NCBI GenBank assembly: GCA_000993565.1
Contig: LBWK01000002.1
Span: 4,121 to 68,120 of the forward strand
From: a candidate division WS6 bacterium GW2011_GWF2_39_15
Lineage (GTDB): Bacteria > Patescibacteriota > Dojkabacteria > SC72
Reading direction: 5' to 3'
DNA: 64,000 nt
A program made the translations under genes and the position numbers. How positions within the stretch are numbered: the stretch's first letter is position 1; the number at the start of each line of letters is the position of its first letter. The notes under the pieces are model-generated. The model was given only the letters and a program-made list of their open reading frames with translations, was not told where the DNA came from and ran no database searches. Positions 48,075 to 59,863 of this stretch are shown here, piece by piece.

Positions 48075-49976
48075 ATGGGAAAAATATTAGGAATTGACCT
48101 GGGTACAACTAACTCAGTAGTAGCAGTAATGTCAGGTGGAAAACCGACGGTACTTGCTAATGCACAAGGGGGGAGATTAACTCCGTCAGTAGTCGCAGAG
48201 GATGATAAAGGTGAAATTCTTGTCGGGACACCGGCAAAAAATCAGTCGGTAATCAACCCAACCGGTACTATATATTCAGTAAAGAGATTGATAGGTCGAA
48301 AATGGAGTGATCCGGAGATTAAGAAAGATAAAGATGTTCTTCCTTTCGAAATGAAGGAGTCTAGCAGCGGTGGTGTTGAAGTTAAGATGGGAGGCAAGTG
48401 GTACTCTCCTCAGGAGATATCTGCGAAGATTCTTGCAAAGATGAAGAAAGATGCAGAAGCATACTTGGGGGAAGAAGTTAAAGAAGCTGTTATCACGGTT
48501 CCTGCGTATTTTGATGATTCTCAGAGACAGGCAACTAAAGATGCGGGAAAGATTGCAGGTTTTGATGTAAAGAGAATTGTAAATGAACCTACTGCCGCAG
48601 CACTTGCATACGGTTTGGATAATAAAAAAGATGAAACTGTTGCTGTATTTGATCTTGGAGGAGGTACATTTGATATCTCGATACTTGAAATAGGAGACGG
48701 GGTCTTTGAAGTTCTCTCCACAAATGGTGATACTCATCTTGGGGGTGATGATTTCGATGAGAAGATTATCCAGTATCTTGTCGATGATTTTAAGAATACA
48801 GATGGAATTGATCTTAAGGCGGATAGAACAGCTCTTCAGAGATTAAAAGAAGCTGGGGAGAAAGCAAAAATTGAGCTTTCTTCTTCCGAAAGTACTGAAA
48901 TTAACATCCCTTATATTACAGCGGATTCAAAAGGTCCAAGACATTTAAGAAAGACATTCACAAGAGCAGACTTGGAGAAATTAGTCTCTGATCTTATAGA
49001 AAAGACAGAGGGTCCGTGTAAGAAGGCTGTAAGCGATGCAAAACTCAAGTTTGAAGATATTAATGAAGTTCTTCTGGTAGGAGGTATGACCAGAATGCCT
49101 GCGGTTATCAAGAAGGTTAAAGAGATTTTTGGTAAGGAGCCTAATAAAGGGGTTAACCCGGATGAAGTAGTCGCTGTTGGTGCAGCAATTCAGGCGGGTG
49201 TGCTCGGAGGAGATGTTAAAGATATAACTCTTCTTGATGTAACTCCTTTATCACTTGGTCTTGAAACTCTCGGAGGAGTTATGACTAAGCTTATTGATCG
49301 CAACACAACAATTCCTGTTGAAAAGAAGCAGGTGTTTTCAACCGCGTCTGATAATCAGCCGGGAGTCGAGATTCATATCCTTCAGGGTGAGAGAGAGATG
49401 GCGGGAGACAACAAAACACTTGGAAGATTTACTCTTGAGGGTATTCCACCAGCACCACGAGGAGTTCCTCAGATTGAAGTTACTTTCTCAATTGATGCTA
49501 ACGGTATTTTAAATGTAAAGGCTGTAGATAAGGCGACTAATAAAGAGCAAAAGATTACTATTACCGCATCAACAGGCCTTTCAGATGCTGAAGTGGAGAG
49601 AATGGTTAAAGAAGCGGAAGAGCATGCCAAAGAAGATAAGGATAAGAAGGAAAGGGCAGAGACTAAGAATGAAGCTGATACGCTATGCTTTAGTGCTGAG
49701 AAGCTTCTGAAGGATAGTGCAGATAAGGTTGAAGCTTCTATGAAGGAAGAGATTGAGAAAATGATTAGTGAGCTTAAAGAAATGATCTCTAAGGATGACT
49801 TTGATAAAGAAAAGGTAAAAGAAGCCACTACCAAGCTCTCTGAAAAACTTCAGGAAATTGGGAAGAAGATGTATGAGGAGGCTGCAAAGGCTCAAAAGCC
49901 GGAAGAAGAGAAGAAGGATGACAAAAAAGAGGAGAAAAAGGAAGAGGAAGTTAAGGAAGGAGACGTAGTAGAGTAA
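48075..49976 (+). CDS. dnaK: Chaperone DnaK (Hsp70)
   Basis: '[13 protein letters not shown]', 'DLGGGTFD', '[11 protein letters not shown]'; 633 aa. Confidence 0.95.
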   Translation: MGKILGIDLGTTNSVVAVMSGGKPTVLANAQGGRLTPSVVAEDDKGEILVGTPAKNQSVINPTGTIYSVKRLIGRKWSDPEIKKDKDVLPFEMKESSSGGVEVKMGGKWYSPQEISAKILAKMKKDAEAYLGEEVKEAVITVPAYFDDSQRQATKDAGKIAGFDVKRIVNEPTAAALAYGLDNKKDETVAVFDLGGGTFDISILEIGDGVFEVLSTNGDTHLGGDDFDEKIIQYLVDDFKNTDGIDLKADRTALQRLKEAGEKAKIELSSSESTEINIPYITADSKGPRHLRKTFTRADLEKLVSDLIEKTEGPCKKAVSDAKLKFEDINEVLLVGGMTRMPAVIKKVKEIFGKEPNKGVNPDEVVAVGAAIQAGVLGGDVKDITLLDVTPLSLGLETLGGVMTKLIDRNTTIPVEKKQVFSTASDNQPGVEIHILQGEREMAGDNKTLGRFTLEGIPPAPRGVPQIEVTFSIDANGILNVKAVDKATNKEQKITITASTGLSDAEVERMVKEAEEHAKEDKDKKERAETKNEADTLCFSAEKLLKDSADKVEASMKEEIEKMISELKEMISKDDFDKEKVKEATTKLSEKLQEIGKKMYEEAAKAQKPEEEKKDDKKEEKKEEEVKEGDVVE

Positions 49977-49994
49977 CCCTTAAGGAAACGGCGC

Positions 49995-50025
49995 AATTCA
50001 GGGGGGCAACTCCCTGAATTGTTTT
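49995..50025 (+). terminator. Rho-independent terminator after dnaK
   Basis: AATTCAGGG-gggcaact-CCCTGAATT stem-loop followed by GTTTT. Confidence 0.6.
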
Positions 50026-50091
50026 GTACAACCAAAATATTTATGATACTATCAATCGTAATAGTGATTATATGTAACTGCCCCTTGTAGT

Positions 50092-52371
50092 ATGCAAAAT
50101 CGAAACTTTAATAATACGATTGAAACTATCCAGCGGATATTGTTCCTATTGGCTCTTGTTGTTGTCCCTCTAAGTATTATTCCTTTTCCATGGGATTTAA
50201 CAGAGTATTCTATGTCTCTAGTTCTTTCTCTATTCGCTATCCCTATTCTCGCTCTGGAATTTGTTAAGGTAATATTAAGCGGCTCAATAAGCTATCCAAA
50301 GGGGAAAATAGATACTGCAATCATGTTTCTAATGATTGCATTCTCCGTCTCTACAGTATTTTCTAAATCTCCGGTAACCAGCTTTATGGGGTTTGATTCA
50401 AGGCTGGGAGATGGCTTGATAGGACTTCTAACTCTTTTTGTTTTCACATATTCGGCTAGAAACTTTATTCGAGGAATAGAGGGAATCATATATGCTTTAA
50501 TGTTTCTGCTCATAGGGATAACACTAGGCTCTATTATTAGTATATTTTCGTTCTGGGGTATGAACCCGCTAAGTTTTATCCCTGCCTTTAAAGAGCTGTT
50601 TACAACGGGTCTGCCTCTTTATAGCTCGGCTCGAATCTCTCTGATTATATTTAGTACCGGTATACTATTTTCAACGGGTCTTCTGATCTATGCCTTTAGG
50701 AAATACAATCTGGCATTGGTTATTACTACAATTGTGACCTTTCTTGTAAATCTTACAGCCCTGCTGCTCTATTCAATTGTTCAGGGATATGAACAGGTAA
50801 TATTGCTGATCGCAGTAATGGGAGCGTTATTAGTAATGCCTTTTTTCAGAAGAAAGCCGTTAAATAAGGTCTTCGTTATAACGATGATTGTAACACTGGT
50901 AACTTTGATTGTAGGTTTTCTTGTCCTGCGTATCCCTCAATTCAAGGATTTAGCGATTAGAGACTCATCAAACCTAATTACACAGGTTACAATCGCTCCG
51001 GAAGTCAGCTGGAAAATAGGAACAAATGCAGTGAGCGAATCTTTCTGGAACGGAATTGTAGGTTATGGTCAAGACACTTTTTCAATTGCATACAACCTCT
51101 ACAGGCCCTTAACAGATGAGATATTGGTTCTTAATAATACTAATTTCACATTCCCGAGTAATCAGGTTCTAAATGTCTTCATATCTTTGGGTATAGTTGG
51201 TTTGCTTGCGTTTGCATACCTTGCAGTGAAGATGTTTCTGCACCTTATTCAGGATTGGAAAGAGAGAGAATATCTAGAAGCTGAGGATTTCTTTGCACTA
51301 ATGCTTGACCTCCTTTCTCTGTATATAATTATCTCCTCTATTTTCATCTACTACTCATTCTTTGTATATCTGCTTCTTTTCTTCTGTATAACACTATCCG
51401 TAATACTTAGGCATATAAAAAAGGAAGAGAAAGGAGAAATGTTTGTGTTCAGCCTGGGTATGTTTGTACATAGGCCTAAAGAAGGACTAAATAATACTGC
51501 ATTGGTCGCCGTAATTATAGTTGCTCTTCCCATTCTTTGGTTGTATACACAGAGTTTTAAGTACTTATCTGCAGGTTTTAAGGTTCTTGAAGCTGAGAGG
51601 ATAACGTCTGAAGGAAGGGTGTTAAATGATAAGGATAAGCTGAGTGAAGAAGATAAAGAGAGTTTGATCGTGAAAGCTTCTAACCTTTATGGAGAAGCAA
51701 TAAATCAGGCTCCCAAAAATGAAGTATTTCATCGTAGAGCAAGTCTAATTATCACCCAGTATGTTGAACTCCTTGCGCAAAAATACAATAAGACGGATAT
51801 CGAATCCGAGAAAAAAATGATATTCGAAGATATTACGACATATGTTGAAATTGCCGTTGAAGAATCCAAGCTGTCCACTGATATTGCACCACGGGTATAT
51901 TCTAACTGGGGGACAAGAGCTAATGTATATTCAAAGCTTGTCGGGTTGGGACTCAAGTCTTACAGTAAAACAGCCCTTTCTACAATGCAGCAGGCGGCCT
52001 CATTGAATCCTCTTAACTACGAACTGTATTATAATGCTGCTCAACTATATGTGATAAATAACGATAATGATTCTGCCTTGAGGACGTTAAATCAGGTCTT
52101 TACCATTAATCCCGAACATATACCATCAAATGTTTTGGCAGGAGAGCTTTCTTTGAATGATAAAGATTATAAGCAGGCTGATAGATACTTTAATAAGGCT
52201 AAAGAGATCATGGATAAGTATGGAGAGAACGATTCAGAACTATATAAGTATGTTGTGAAGAAACTTACAGAGATAACACCACAGTTACCTAAGGAGACAG
52301 AACAGAGTGATAAGAGTGCAGAGAACGGTGATAAGATTGAAGATCAAACGCAGAAGAGTTCTCAGGACTAA
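50092..52371 (+). CDS. Polytopic membrane protein with degenerate O-antigen-ligase (Wzy_C)-like core and C-terminal TPR-like repeats
   Basis: More than 12 TM helices. 'SNQVLNVFISLGIVGLLAF' resembles the Wzy_C motif with His to Ser and Glu to Ser substitutions. C-terminal ~250 aa are soluble and helical (TPR-like). Confidence 0.4.
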   Translation: MQNRNFNNTIETIQRILFLLALVVVPLSIIPFPWDLTEYSMSLVLSLFAIPILALEFVKVILSGSISYPKGKIDTAIMFLMIAFSVSTVFSKSPVTSFMGFDSRLGDGLIGLLTLFVFTYSARNFIRGIEGIIYALMFLLIGITLGSIISIFSFWGMNPLSFIPAFKELFTTGLPLYSSARISLIIFSTGILFSTGLLIYAFRKYNLALVITTIVTFLVNLTALLLYSIVQGYEQVILLIAVMGALLVMPFFRRKPLNKVFVITMIVTLVTLIVGFLVLRIPQFKDLAIRDSSNLITQVTIAPEVSWKIGTNAVSESFWNGIVGYGQDTFSIAYNLYRPLTDEILVLNNTNFTFPSNQVLNVFISLGIVGLLAFAYLAVKMFLHLIQDWKEREYLEAEDFFALMLDLLSLYIIISSIFIYYSFFVYLLLFFCITLSVILRHIKKEEKGEMFVFSLGMFVHRPKEGLNNTALVAVIIVALPILWLYTQSFKYLSAGFKVLEAERITSEGRVLNDKDKLSEEDKESLIVKASNLYGEAINQAPKNEVFHRRASLIITQYVELLAQKYNKTDIESEKKMIFEDITTYVEIAVEESKLSTDIAPRVYSNWGTRANVYSKLVGLGLKSYSKTALSTMQQAASLNPLNYELYYNAAQLYVINNDNDSALRTLNQVFTINPEHIPSNVLAGELSLNDKDYKQADRYFNKAKEIMDKYGENDSELYKYVVKKLTEITPQLPKETEQSDKSAENGDKIEDQTQKSSQD

Positions 52372-52991
52372 CTCTTCCAGATAATTAGATTAGTTATCAA
52401 TATTCCGATATGTTTGTGTATTGTATATTTTGCTTCTTTGAAAAGTCCTAACCATTTCTTTGTAGGGTAGTAGTTAATCTCTTCGTACGGATTCTCTCTT
52501 CTTTTATCCAGCTCCAATCTCAGGTTTAGCATTTTATGTAGCCACTTCTGAATCGGAATAGGCAGATGCTGGAAGAAAGGAAATGCATAGTGCGGTTCAA
52601 TTAGAGTATTATAATCCGGGACAAGAATTAGAAATTTCTTCCCGACCCGCTCTATCTCATTGCATGTTTTTTGAAGAGCTTCGAATGGCTTTACATGCTC
52701 TAAAACCCCGATACAAACAACTGCATCAAACTCCTTATCCTTGAATGGTAACTCTCCCTTTCCGGTAATCTGAACATATTTAAAATCTTTTCTATGAATT
52801 TTGCCTTCTTTGAAAAGATCTACACCGGTAATAGGGTTAGTATTATTGAAGGTTTCAAATGTTAATCCTTCTCCGCACCCGACATTAAGAACGGTATCTG
52901 TCGGTTTTAGTCTCAACAGACTTACAATTTTGTCATACCTTCTCTGCTTCTGTTTAACCGGGTTGTAGAAGTTTCTTGGATGCAGATTCAT
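52368..52991 (-). CDS. Class I SAM-dependent methyltransferase
   Basis: 'VLNVGCGEG' motif I, 'FDAVVCIGVLEHV' motif II. Confidence 0.6.
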   Translation of the reverse strand: MNLHPRNFYNPVKQKQRRYDKIVSLLRLKPTDTVLNVGCGEGLTFETFNNTNPITGVDLFKEGKIHRKDFKYVQITGKGELPFKDKEFDAVVCIGVLEHVKPFEALQKTCNEIERVGKKFLILVPDYNTLIEPHYAFPFFQHLPIPIQKWLHKMLNLRLELDKRRENPYEEINYYPTKKWLGLFKEAKYTIHKHIGILITNLIIWKS

Positions 52992-52993
52992 AA

Positions 52994-53581
52994 CTATATT
53001 TTGGGTTTAGTTATATCTTTGTTGAAATTCTGGTAGTACATACTTTGTGTTACACTGCTATCTTTGTAATATTTGCTTCCCAGGGATTTATGTCCGTAAG
53101 GTCTGGAAACTTTTTGATCAACCTCTTCAAAAGCCATTTGTGCAATCTTCATACCTACATAAAGTTTTATAGGAAGAGGGGATAGATTAACCATTTCCAG
53201 AGTCATTCTTAAACAATTCCCAGGATCAAGAAAACCGGCAGTAGCGTGGATTATCAGACCGAGTCTTGCGAGAGAACTTTTCCCTTCCAGAACTCCAACA
53301 TGTTTATCGTCCACTCCAATTATCTCCTTTACATGAGCGAGCAGAAATCCTCCCGGCTCAAGAGTTATATCGCCGTTTTGTTCAAGAATTATCTTCTTCA
53401 TGAGGTCGTCTACAGGCTCTTTTACGTCTATTATAGAGTGTTTTTCAGTGTTAAAAACCATGAACTCATTACCAAGGTGAAGATCGTACGAAGAGGGTTG
53501 TAAAAAATCCTCGTTGAAAGGTTCAATGACAATTTCTTTTGTCTTCAGCTTGTTTTTGATTGATTTATCTGACAAAATCAT
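52994..53581 (-). CDS. dcd: dCTP deaminase
   Basis: 'MILSDKSIK...', 'SSLARLGLIIHATAGFLDPGNCLRMTLEMVN', 'IAQMAFEEV'. Start trimmed from 53698 to the ATG at 53581, matching canonical Dcd N-termini. Confidence 0.7.
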   Translation of the reverse strand: MILSDKSIKNKLKTKEIVIEPFNEDFLQPSSYDLHLGNEFMVFNTEKHSIIDVKEPVDDLMKKIILEQNGDITLEPGGFLLAHVKEIIGVDDKHVGVLEGKSSLARLGLIIHATAGFLDPGNCLRMTLEMVNLSPLPIKLYVGMKIAQMAFEEVDQKVSRPYGHKSLGSKYYKDSSVTQSMYYQNFNKDITKPKI

Positions 53582-53643
53582 GAGTATACTGTGTGTTAGG
53601 TTAGGATTGAAAAGTATAACATAATTTAAATTGGAGGAAATAA

Positions 53644-54057
53644 ATGAAGGTAAGGGGGAAGAACTACAATGTAATAATATGGGATTGGCTTTGGACATTA
53701 TATTCGAGAAAAGAGAGGTCTCTTTATGACTGGGTAAAAGAATATTTTGAGATGCACGGAAAGGAGACGACTAATTTTCTGGTAAGCTTTGCCAATGAAC
53801 CTGAAAAAAGGAAAAAATTGATTGAGAAGCATGAAATGGTTAAGTATTTTAAAGATATGATTATAGAGAGAGGGAATAAGAAAGATATGATAGGAAGGTT
53901 GATTGGGAAATATAATTTAGAAAAGAGCTCTATCTTGATTGTAGGAGATAATGTTGCCCATGAGGGAGTTGCAGCAGGGGAGCTAGGGATTGATTTTATG
54001 CATATTCGTGACTGGAAGAAGTTTCTTTCTGATGACCTTGGGTTTAGGTCTAAATAG
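53644..54057 (+). CDS. HAD-like small protein with non-canonical motif I
   Basis: C-terminal 'LIVGDNVAHEGVAAGELGIDFMHI' resembles HAD motif IV. N-terminal 'VIIWDWLWTL' lacks the second Asp. 3' end overlaps comF-like gene by 75 nt. Confidence 0.35.
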   Translation: MKVRGKNYNVIIWDWLWTLYSRKERSLYDWVKEYFEMHGKETTNFLVSFANEPEKRKKLIEKHEMVKYFKDMIIERGNKKDMIGRLIGKYNLEKSSILIVGDNVAHEGVAAGELGIDFMHIRDWKKFLSDDLGFRSK

Positions 54058-54741
54058 TGCAATGGCATGAATCTGAATATCCTCCCGTACAGCCTTTATT
54101 TCCTTAGTACATTCTTCTAAAGTCGCACCGGTTGTTACAATATCATCAACTAGGATTATGTGCTTAACCTCTTCGCTGATATATTTGCTGTTAAACCTGA
54201 ATGCCCCGAGAGTGTTTCTTACCCTATTCTTATGTTTAACTTCAGATTGCGGTCTATTATTTCTAATTTTCTTTAAACATCGGTTATTTATATCTATACC
54301 GGTCTCCTTTGAAATGGCTTCGGCGATTATTCGTGACTGGTTAAACCCTCTATTTAAATACCTTAGCCAGTATAGAGGTACTGGTACAAGAAGACACTCT
54401 TTTGCATTCCGTGTAAAGTGCTGTGTATTTCTTATATAAGTGAGAATATGAGGCAGTGCGATAATAAGGATCTCGTTCAGTAGTACTGTTGAATGTTTGA
54501 ACTTTATATACTTCACATATCTCTTGATTACTCGATTATATTCAAAACACACCATTAACGAGGTCAAATACTCTCTCTTGTTTATACATTTAACATGTGT
54601 TATATATCCTCCGGAGACTGTTCGGCATGAATAACACATCGGGAGCTGCGGGATGAAGTGCCTGCCACACTGATCGCATATCCACCTGCCATGCTTTAGG
54701 CATCCCAGACAGAACTTGAAGTTGAAAATATCCGCTTCCAT
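53983..54741 (-). CDS. ComF-family phosphoribosyltransferase-domain protein
   Basis: N-terminal zinc ribbon 'CLGCLKHGRWICDQCG...CYSC'; PRTase motif 'ILVDDIVTTGATLEE'. Confidence 0.65.
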   Translation of the reverse strand: MEADIFNFKFCLGCLKHGRWICDQCGRHFIPQLPMCYSCRTVSGGYITHVKCINKREYLTSLMVCFEYNRVIKRYVKYIKFKHSTVLLNEILIIALPHILTYIRNTQHFTRNAKECLLVPVPLYWLRYLNRGFNQSRIIAEAISKETGIDINNRCLKKIRNNRPQSEVKHKNRVRNTLGAFRFNSKYISEEVKHIILVDDIVTTGATLEECTKEIKAVREDIQIHAIALFRPKPKVIRKKLLPVTNMHKINP

Positions 54742-54821
54742 ATTCCTATTGTCTCAGGTAGGAATTAAATGTATATTAAATAGCCTTATACCTTACTTTG
54801 TCTTATAATACCTTTTGATAA

Positions 54822-56663
54822 ATGCGCATAAATAGAGGAATCTTAAAAACTTTATACAACGTAGTTAACTCGGTTGGTGCTATTACAATTCTCCTTTTAA
54901 TCATCAAGGTATTAGGGTTTGTTAAAGTTCGTATTATTGCGGAGCTTTTCGGTGTCTCCAGAGAACTTGATATCTTTTGGGCAGCTTTTACAATACCGGA
55001 TACAATATTTAATGTCCTTGTGGCTGGAGCCATTAATGCCGCTATTATCCCTGTTTTTACTAACCTCCTGCACACAGATGAGAGCAAGCTTAAGGATGTA
55101 TTCAAGAGACTTACACTTGTTTACACGTTGTTCTTTATTGTTATTTCCGTATCCCTTTTTGCTTTTTCCAATCAGGTAGGTGAGTTGCTTATAAGTTCGG
55201 ACAGCCTTCATAAGTTTTTAGGAACAAGTGACGGAATTAGCCTAGAGAATGTCAGGTTATTCTCTAACTTAATGAGAATAATGTTAATATCCCCAATTCT
55301 TCTGGGAGCTAGCAGTCTTATAAGTGCCTATCTTCAGGCACACAGGAGATTCTTTACTGCAACCCTAGCTCCACTTCTTTATAACCTGGGAATGATCATA
55401 GGCTCGCTTATCTTAGTAAAGTTTTCGAAATTGGGTATTTACGGAATTGCGTGGTCTGTTGTTATAGCGTCGGCATTCCACCTGGTTATTCAGATTCCTG
55501 AGTTTGCCCGTATATACAAGTCTGTTCCGGAGAAATGGACTGCTAAATTTGCCAAATTTGTCTCACACCTCTTTTCTAAAGAGATCCTCGTCGTATTTAA
55601 ACTGGCTCTGCCAAGAATCATCGGATTGCTTGGAGAGCAGGTCAATGTAATTGTTAATACTATTATCAGCTTTACTCTTTCCGCAGGTGCCCTTAGTGCG
55701 TATAAGTTTGCGCTGAGCCTGCATCTTTTCCCGGTTCAAATCTTTACAGGTGCAATATCACAGGTTGTACTTCCTAAGCTTTCTGAGGAACATGCAAAGG
55801 GTCAAAAGAAAGCCTTTATGAGAACTTTCAACGGGGCTTTAAAACAAACCCTCTTTGTAATTCTTCCCATCTCAGCGATGATTCTTGTTTTGAGGTTGCC
55901 CTTAGTTAGACTCGCTTACGGAGTCGGAGCTTTCGACTGGTGGGCAACAATTATTACCTCCTGGTGTCTGGCTCTTCTTGCTATTTCGATTGTTGCTCAG
56001 TCCGTTGTTGCAATTATTCTCAGGGCTTTCTATGCTATCCACGAAACGAGATTACCGTTAATTGCCACCTTTGTTTCCATAGTTGTTAATATCCTTTGCG
56101 GATACTACCTTACCAACTTCTTCAGCCACTACTGGGACTGGAGGCCGATACTCGCACAGATTGTTTCTCAGTTAACCTATATTGACGGAAAAACGCTGAT
56201 GCAGGTTTTATGGTCCTTTCTTCAGGATACATTCAGGTGGATGCAGACAAGGAATCTTTCAGATGCTTCTGTAGGAGGACTGGGTCTTGCATTGAGCTTG
56301 TCCTTTGCGGCGGAGATGTTTGTTGCGGGATGGCTTCTTCAGAAGAAGATTAAAGTGTTCAGCTGGAAATATACTTACAGACCGGTATTTAAGATGCTTC
56401 TTAATACAGTATTAATGACTGTAACAATGTATTATGTTTTCAAGCTTACAGACTTCAGTTTGGATACGACAAGAACTTTGTCAATTATAGGCGTTACCCT
56501 TATAACTTCTGTTTACGGAGGACTTGTGTATGTTGTCGGGGCAAAGGTTCTTAAAATCTCTGAACTTGATATAATTACACAGAAGTTTATTACAATTGCT
56601 GCCCCAATGATAAGCACAATCAAATCAGTTTTTAGGATGGGCAGAGATGAATCAAAAAAATAG
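54822..56663 (+). CDS. murJ: Lipid II flippase MurJ/MviN (with C-terminal extension)
   Basis: 14+ TM helices; N-terminal 'VGAITILLLIIKVLGFVKVRIIAELFGVSRELDIFWAAFTIPD' is typical of MurJ. Confidence 0.75.
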   Translation: MRINRGILKTLYNVVNSVGAITILLLIIKVLGFVKVRIIAELFGVSRELDIFWAAFTIPDTIFNVLVAGAINAAIIPVFTNLLHTDESKLKDVFKRLTLVYTLFFIVISVSLFAFSNQVGELLISSDSLHKFLGTSDGISLENVRLFSNLMRIMLISPILLGASSLISAYLQAHRRFFTATLAPLLYNLGMIIGSLILVKFSKLGIYGIAWSVVIASAFHLVIQIPEFARIYKSVPEKWTAKFAKFVSHLFSKEILVVFKLALPRIIGLLGEQVNVIVNTIISFTLSAGALSAYKFALSLHLFPVQIFTGAISQVVLPKLSEEHAKGQKKAFMRTFNGALKQTLFVILPISAMILVLRLPLVRLAYGVGAFDWWATIITSWCLALLAISIVAQSVVAIILRAFYAIHETRLPLIATFVSIVVNILCGYYLTNFFSHYWDWRPILAQIVSQLTYIDGKTLMQVLWSFLQDTFRWMQTRNLSDASVGGLGLALSLSFAAEMFVAGWLLQKKIKVFSWKYTYRPVFKMLLNTVLMTVTMYYVFKLTDFSLDTTRTLSIIGVTLITSVYGGLVYVVGAKVLKISELDIITQKFITIAAPMISTIKSVFRMGRDESKK

Positions 56664-57303
56664 AACACGTAAAAAGAGTAAAAGGCTGGGGCTCAGCTTT
56701 TTTGTGATAGCCCTTCCAATATCGTTCGTCATTTCAATACTGATTCTTTCCCTGGTACTCTTTTTTGTATTCAAAGGCAGTTATAACTCATGGGAGAGTA
56801 AATTTGAAAACGAGCATCTCTCCACTGACTTTATTAAGGTAAATAAAGATGATTTAAAAGATGTTGAGACTGCAATAGAAAAGTTTAAGAAAAGCACAAA
56901 GAAAACCGACTTTATTGAAATTAAAGCCTCTTCCTTTATTAATCTTATGGGCGTAAATATTAATGAAAATATCCCTTCGAGAATTAAAATAAAAAAGGCC
57001 TATGTAGAAACAAGGGATGGGTTCTGGAATATATACTTTAAGGCTGATATCAAAGGGGTGACCTCTCTCTGGTTCTACTTTGATTTAAATAAAGATAGTG
57101 TAGAAAGTACAGACTTGTATATAACGGATTTTAAGATAGGGGATTTTTCCGTGAAAGACTGGGGAGGAGACGGCCTTATCAACGATATAAACAGCGGTAT
57201 TAAGGATGCTATGGTTCTTTTAACACAAAAGGACTTTACAGGAAGAACTCTTAAAAACATAGAGCTTGATAAAGAGAATATCGTGATAAAAGGGGAAAAG
57301 TAG
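56647..57303 (+). CDS. Membrane-anchored hypothetical protein
   Basis: N-terminal TM then soluble domain; overlaps murJ stop by 17 nt. Confidence 0.35.
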   Translation: MNQKNRTRKKSKRLGLSFFVIALPISFVISILILSLVLFFVFKGSYNSWESKFENEHLSTDFIKVNKDDLKDVETAIEKFKKSTKKTDFIEIKASSFINLMGVNINENIPSRIKIKKAYVETRDGFWNIYFKADIKGVTSLWFYFDLNKDSVESTDLYITDFKIGDFSVKDWGGDGLINDINSGIKDAMVLLTQKDFTGRTLKNIELDKENIVIKGEK

Positions 57304-57306
57304 GTA

Positions 57307-57335
57307 TTGACAAGCAACTTCACGTCTAATAGAAT
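57307..57335 (+). promoter_or_regulatory. Sigma-70-type promoter of groESL (-35 TTGACA, 17-nt spacer, -10 TAGAAT)
   Basis: TTGACA 57307-57312; TAGAAT 57330-57335. Confidence 0.5.
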
Positions 57336-57362
57336 CTAGCAGTCTATCTTTTTAATTGCTAA
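57336..57362 (+). promoter_or_regulatory. CIRCE-like inverted repeat CTAGCAGTC-N9-AATTGCTAA upstream of groES
   Basis: Same TAGCA-N15-TGCTA core and same position relative to the -10 as the hrcA element; 7/9 matches per half to canonical CIRCE. Confidence 0.5.
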
Positions 57363-57387
57363 TAAATAAATTGTAAAACATATTAGA

Positions 57388-57681
57388 ATGGCAAATAAAG
57401 CAGTATTACAGCCCATTGGAAAACGCGTTGTTGTAACCGCAGATGTAGTTGAGGAGAAAACATCGGGAGGCTTGATCGTTCCGCCTAGTGCGAACGAAGA
57501 TAAGAAGCCTGCATCCGGAACTGTTGCGGCTTTGGGAATGGTAAATGATAAAGAGTTTAAATTCACGGTTAAAGTAGGAGACAAAGTATATTTCAAAAAA
57601 TACTCTCCGGAGGAAATAGAAATTGACGGTACAAAGTACCTTGTTCTTGAAGAAGAAGATATTCTTGCAATAGTTAAATAG
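57388..57681 (+). CDS. groES: Co-chaperonin GroES
   Basis: 'LQPIGKRVVV', mobile loop 'EEKTSGGLIVP'; 97 aa. Confidence 0.9.
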   Translation: MANKAVLQPIGKRVVVTADVVEEKTSGGLIVPPSANEDKKPASGTVAALGMVNDKEFKFTVKVGDKVYFKKYSPEEIEIDGTKYLVLEEEDILAIVK

Positions 57682-57696
57682 CCAAAATATATATAA

Positions 57697-59337
<1,641 letters not shown>

Positions 59338-59342
59338 TACTG

Positions 59343-59597
59343 ATGTCAGATTTGGTACTACAACAAGTTGCAGGTCTTAACGATGAAGATGGCAATCTTT
59401 CTACACGTATATATTCAGATGGGGTAACTGCCCATATGTTCATCCTGTCGAGAGTCCCGGTGCCTACAATGAATGGACTTAAGTGTTGTCTTTGGTTGTT
59501 GGTTGACCCTCTCACTGGTGGAGAGTATGAACAGTTACTGAGTGAATACTCTAGCTCCTTTAGGGAAGGGCTAGAGGTAAGGGGAAATCGTGTGTGA
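59343..59597 (+). CDS. Hypothetical ORF; the same frame continues past a single in-frame TGA to 59852 (possible pseudogene or recoding)
   Basis: 84 codons, TGA at 59595-59597, then 84 more sense codons in the identical frame to TAA at 59850-59852. Confidence 0.3.
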   Translation: MSDLVLQQVAGLNDEDGNLSTRIYSDGVTAHMFILSRVPVPTMNGLKCCLWLLVDPLTGGEYEQLLSEYSSSFREGLEVRGNRV

Positions 59598-59863
59598 CAA
59601 ACTAATCCACTCTTTGTAAATGGTGATAGAGAACAAGTCTCTTTTGGCTTTGAACCTGCAGAGAGTTTTTGGTTTAAAATTGAGGCAAATCTCACATGGT
59701 ATTTTGAGCATTGGGAAGAGTTGATGGGACATTTTACAGAAGGAGAAAGAAAAACTATCATAAGGGAGGAAACAGTTATACCTGCCATGCTCAGGCTCGT
59801 CGGTAAAGTAGGAATAGGGAAGGTTAAAAGTTTTCTCAGGAGTAAGCGGTAAAGGATTTTTAG

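Noticed and set aside
48276-49895. Several minus-strand ORFs (60-150 aa) inside dnaK
   Set aside because: Antisense shadow ORFs of a highly conserved gene.
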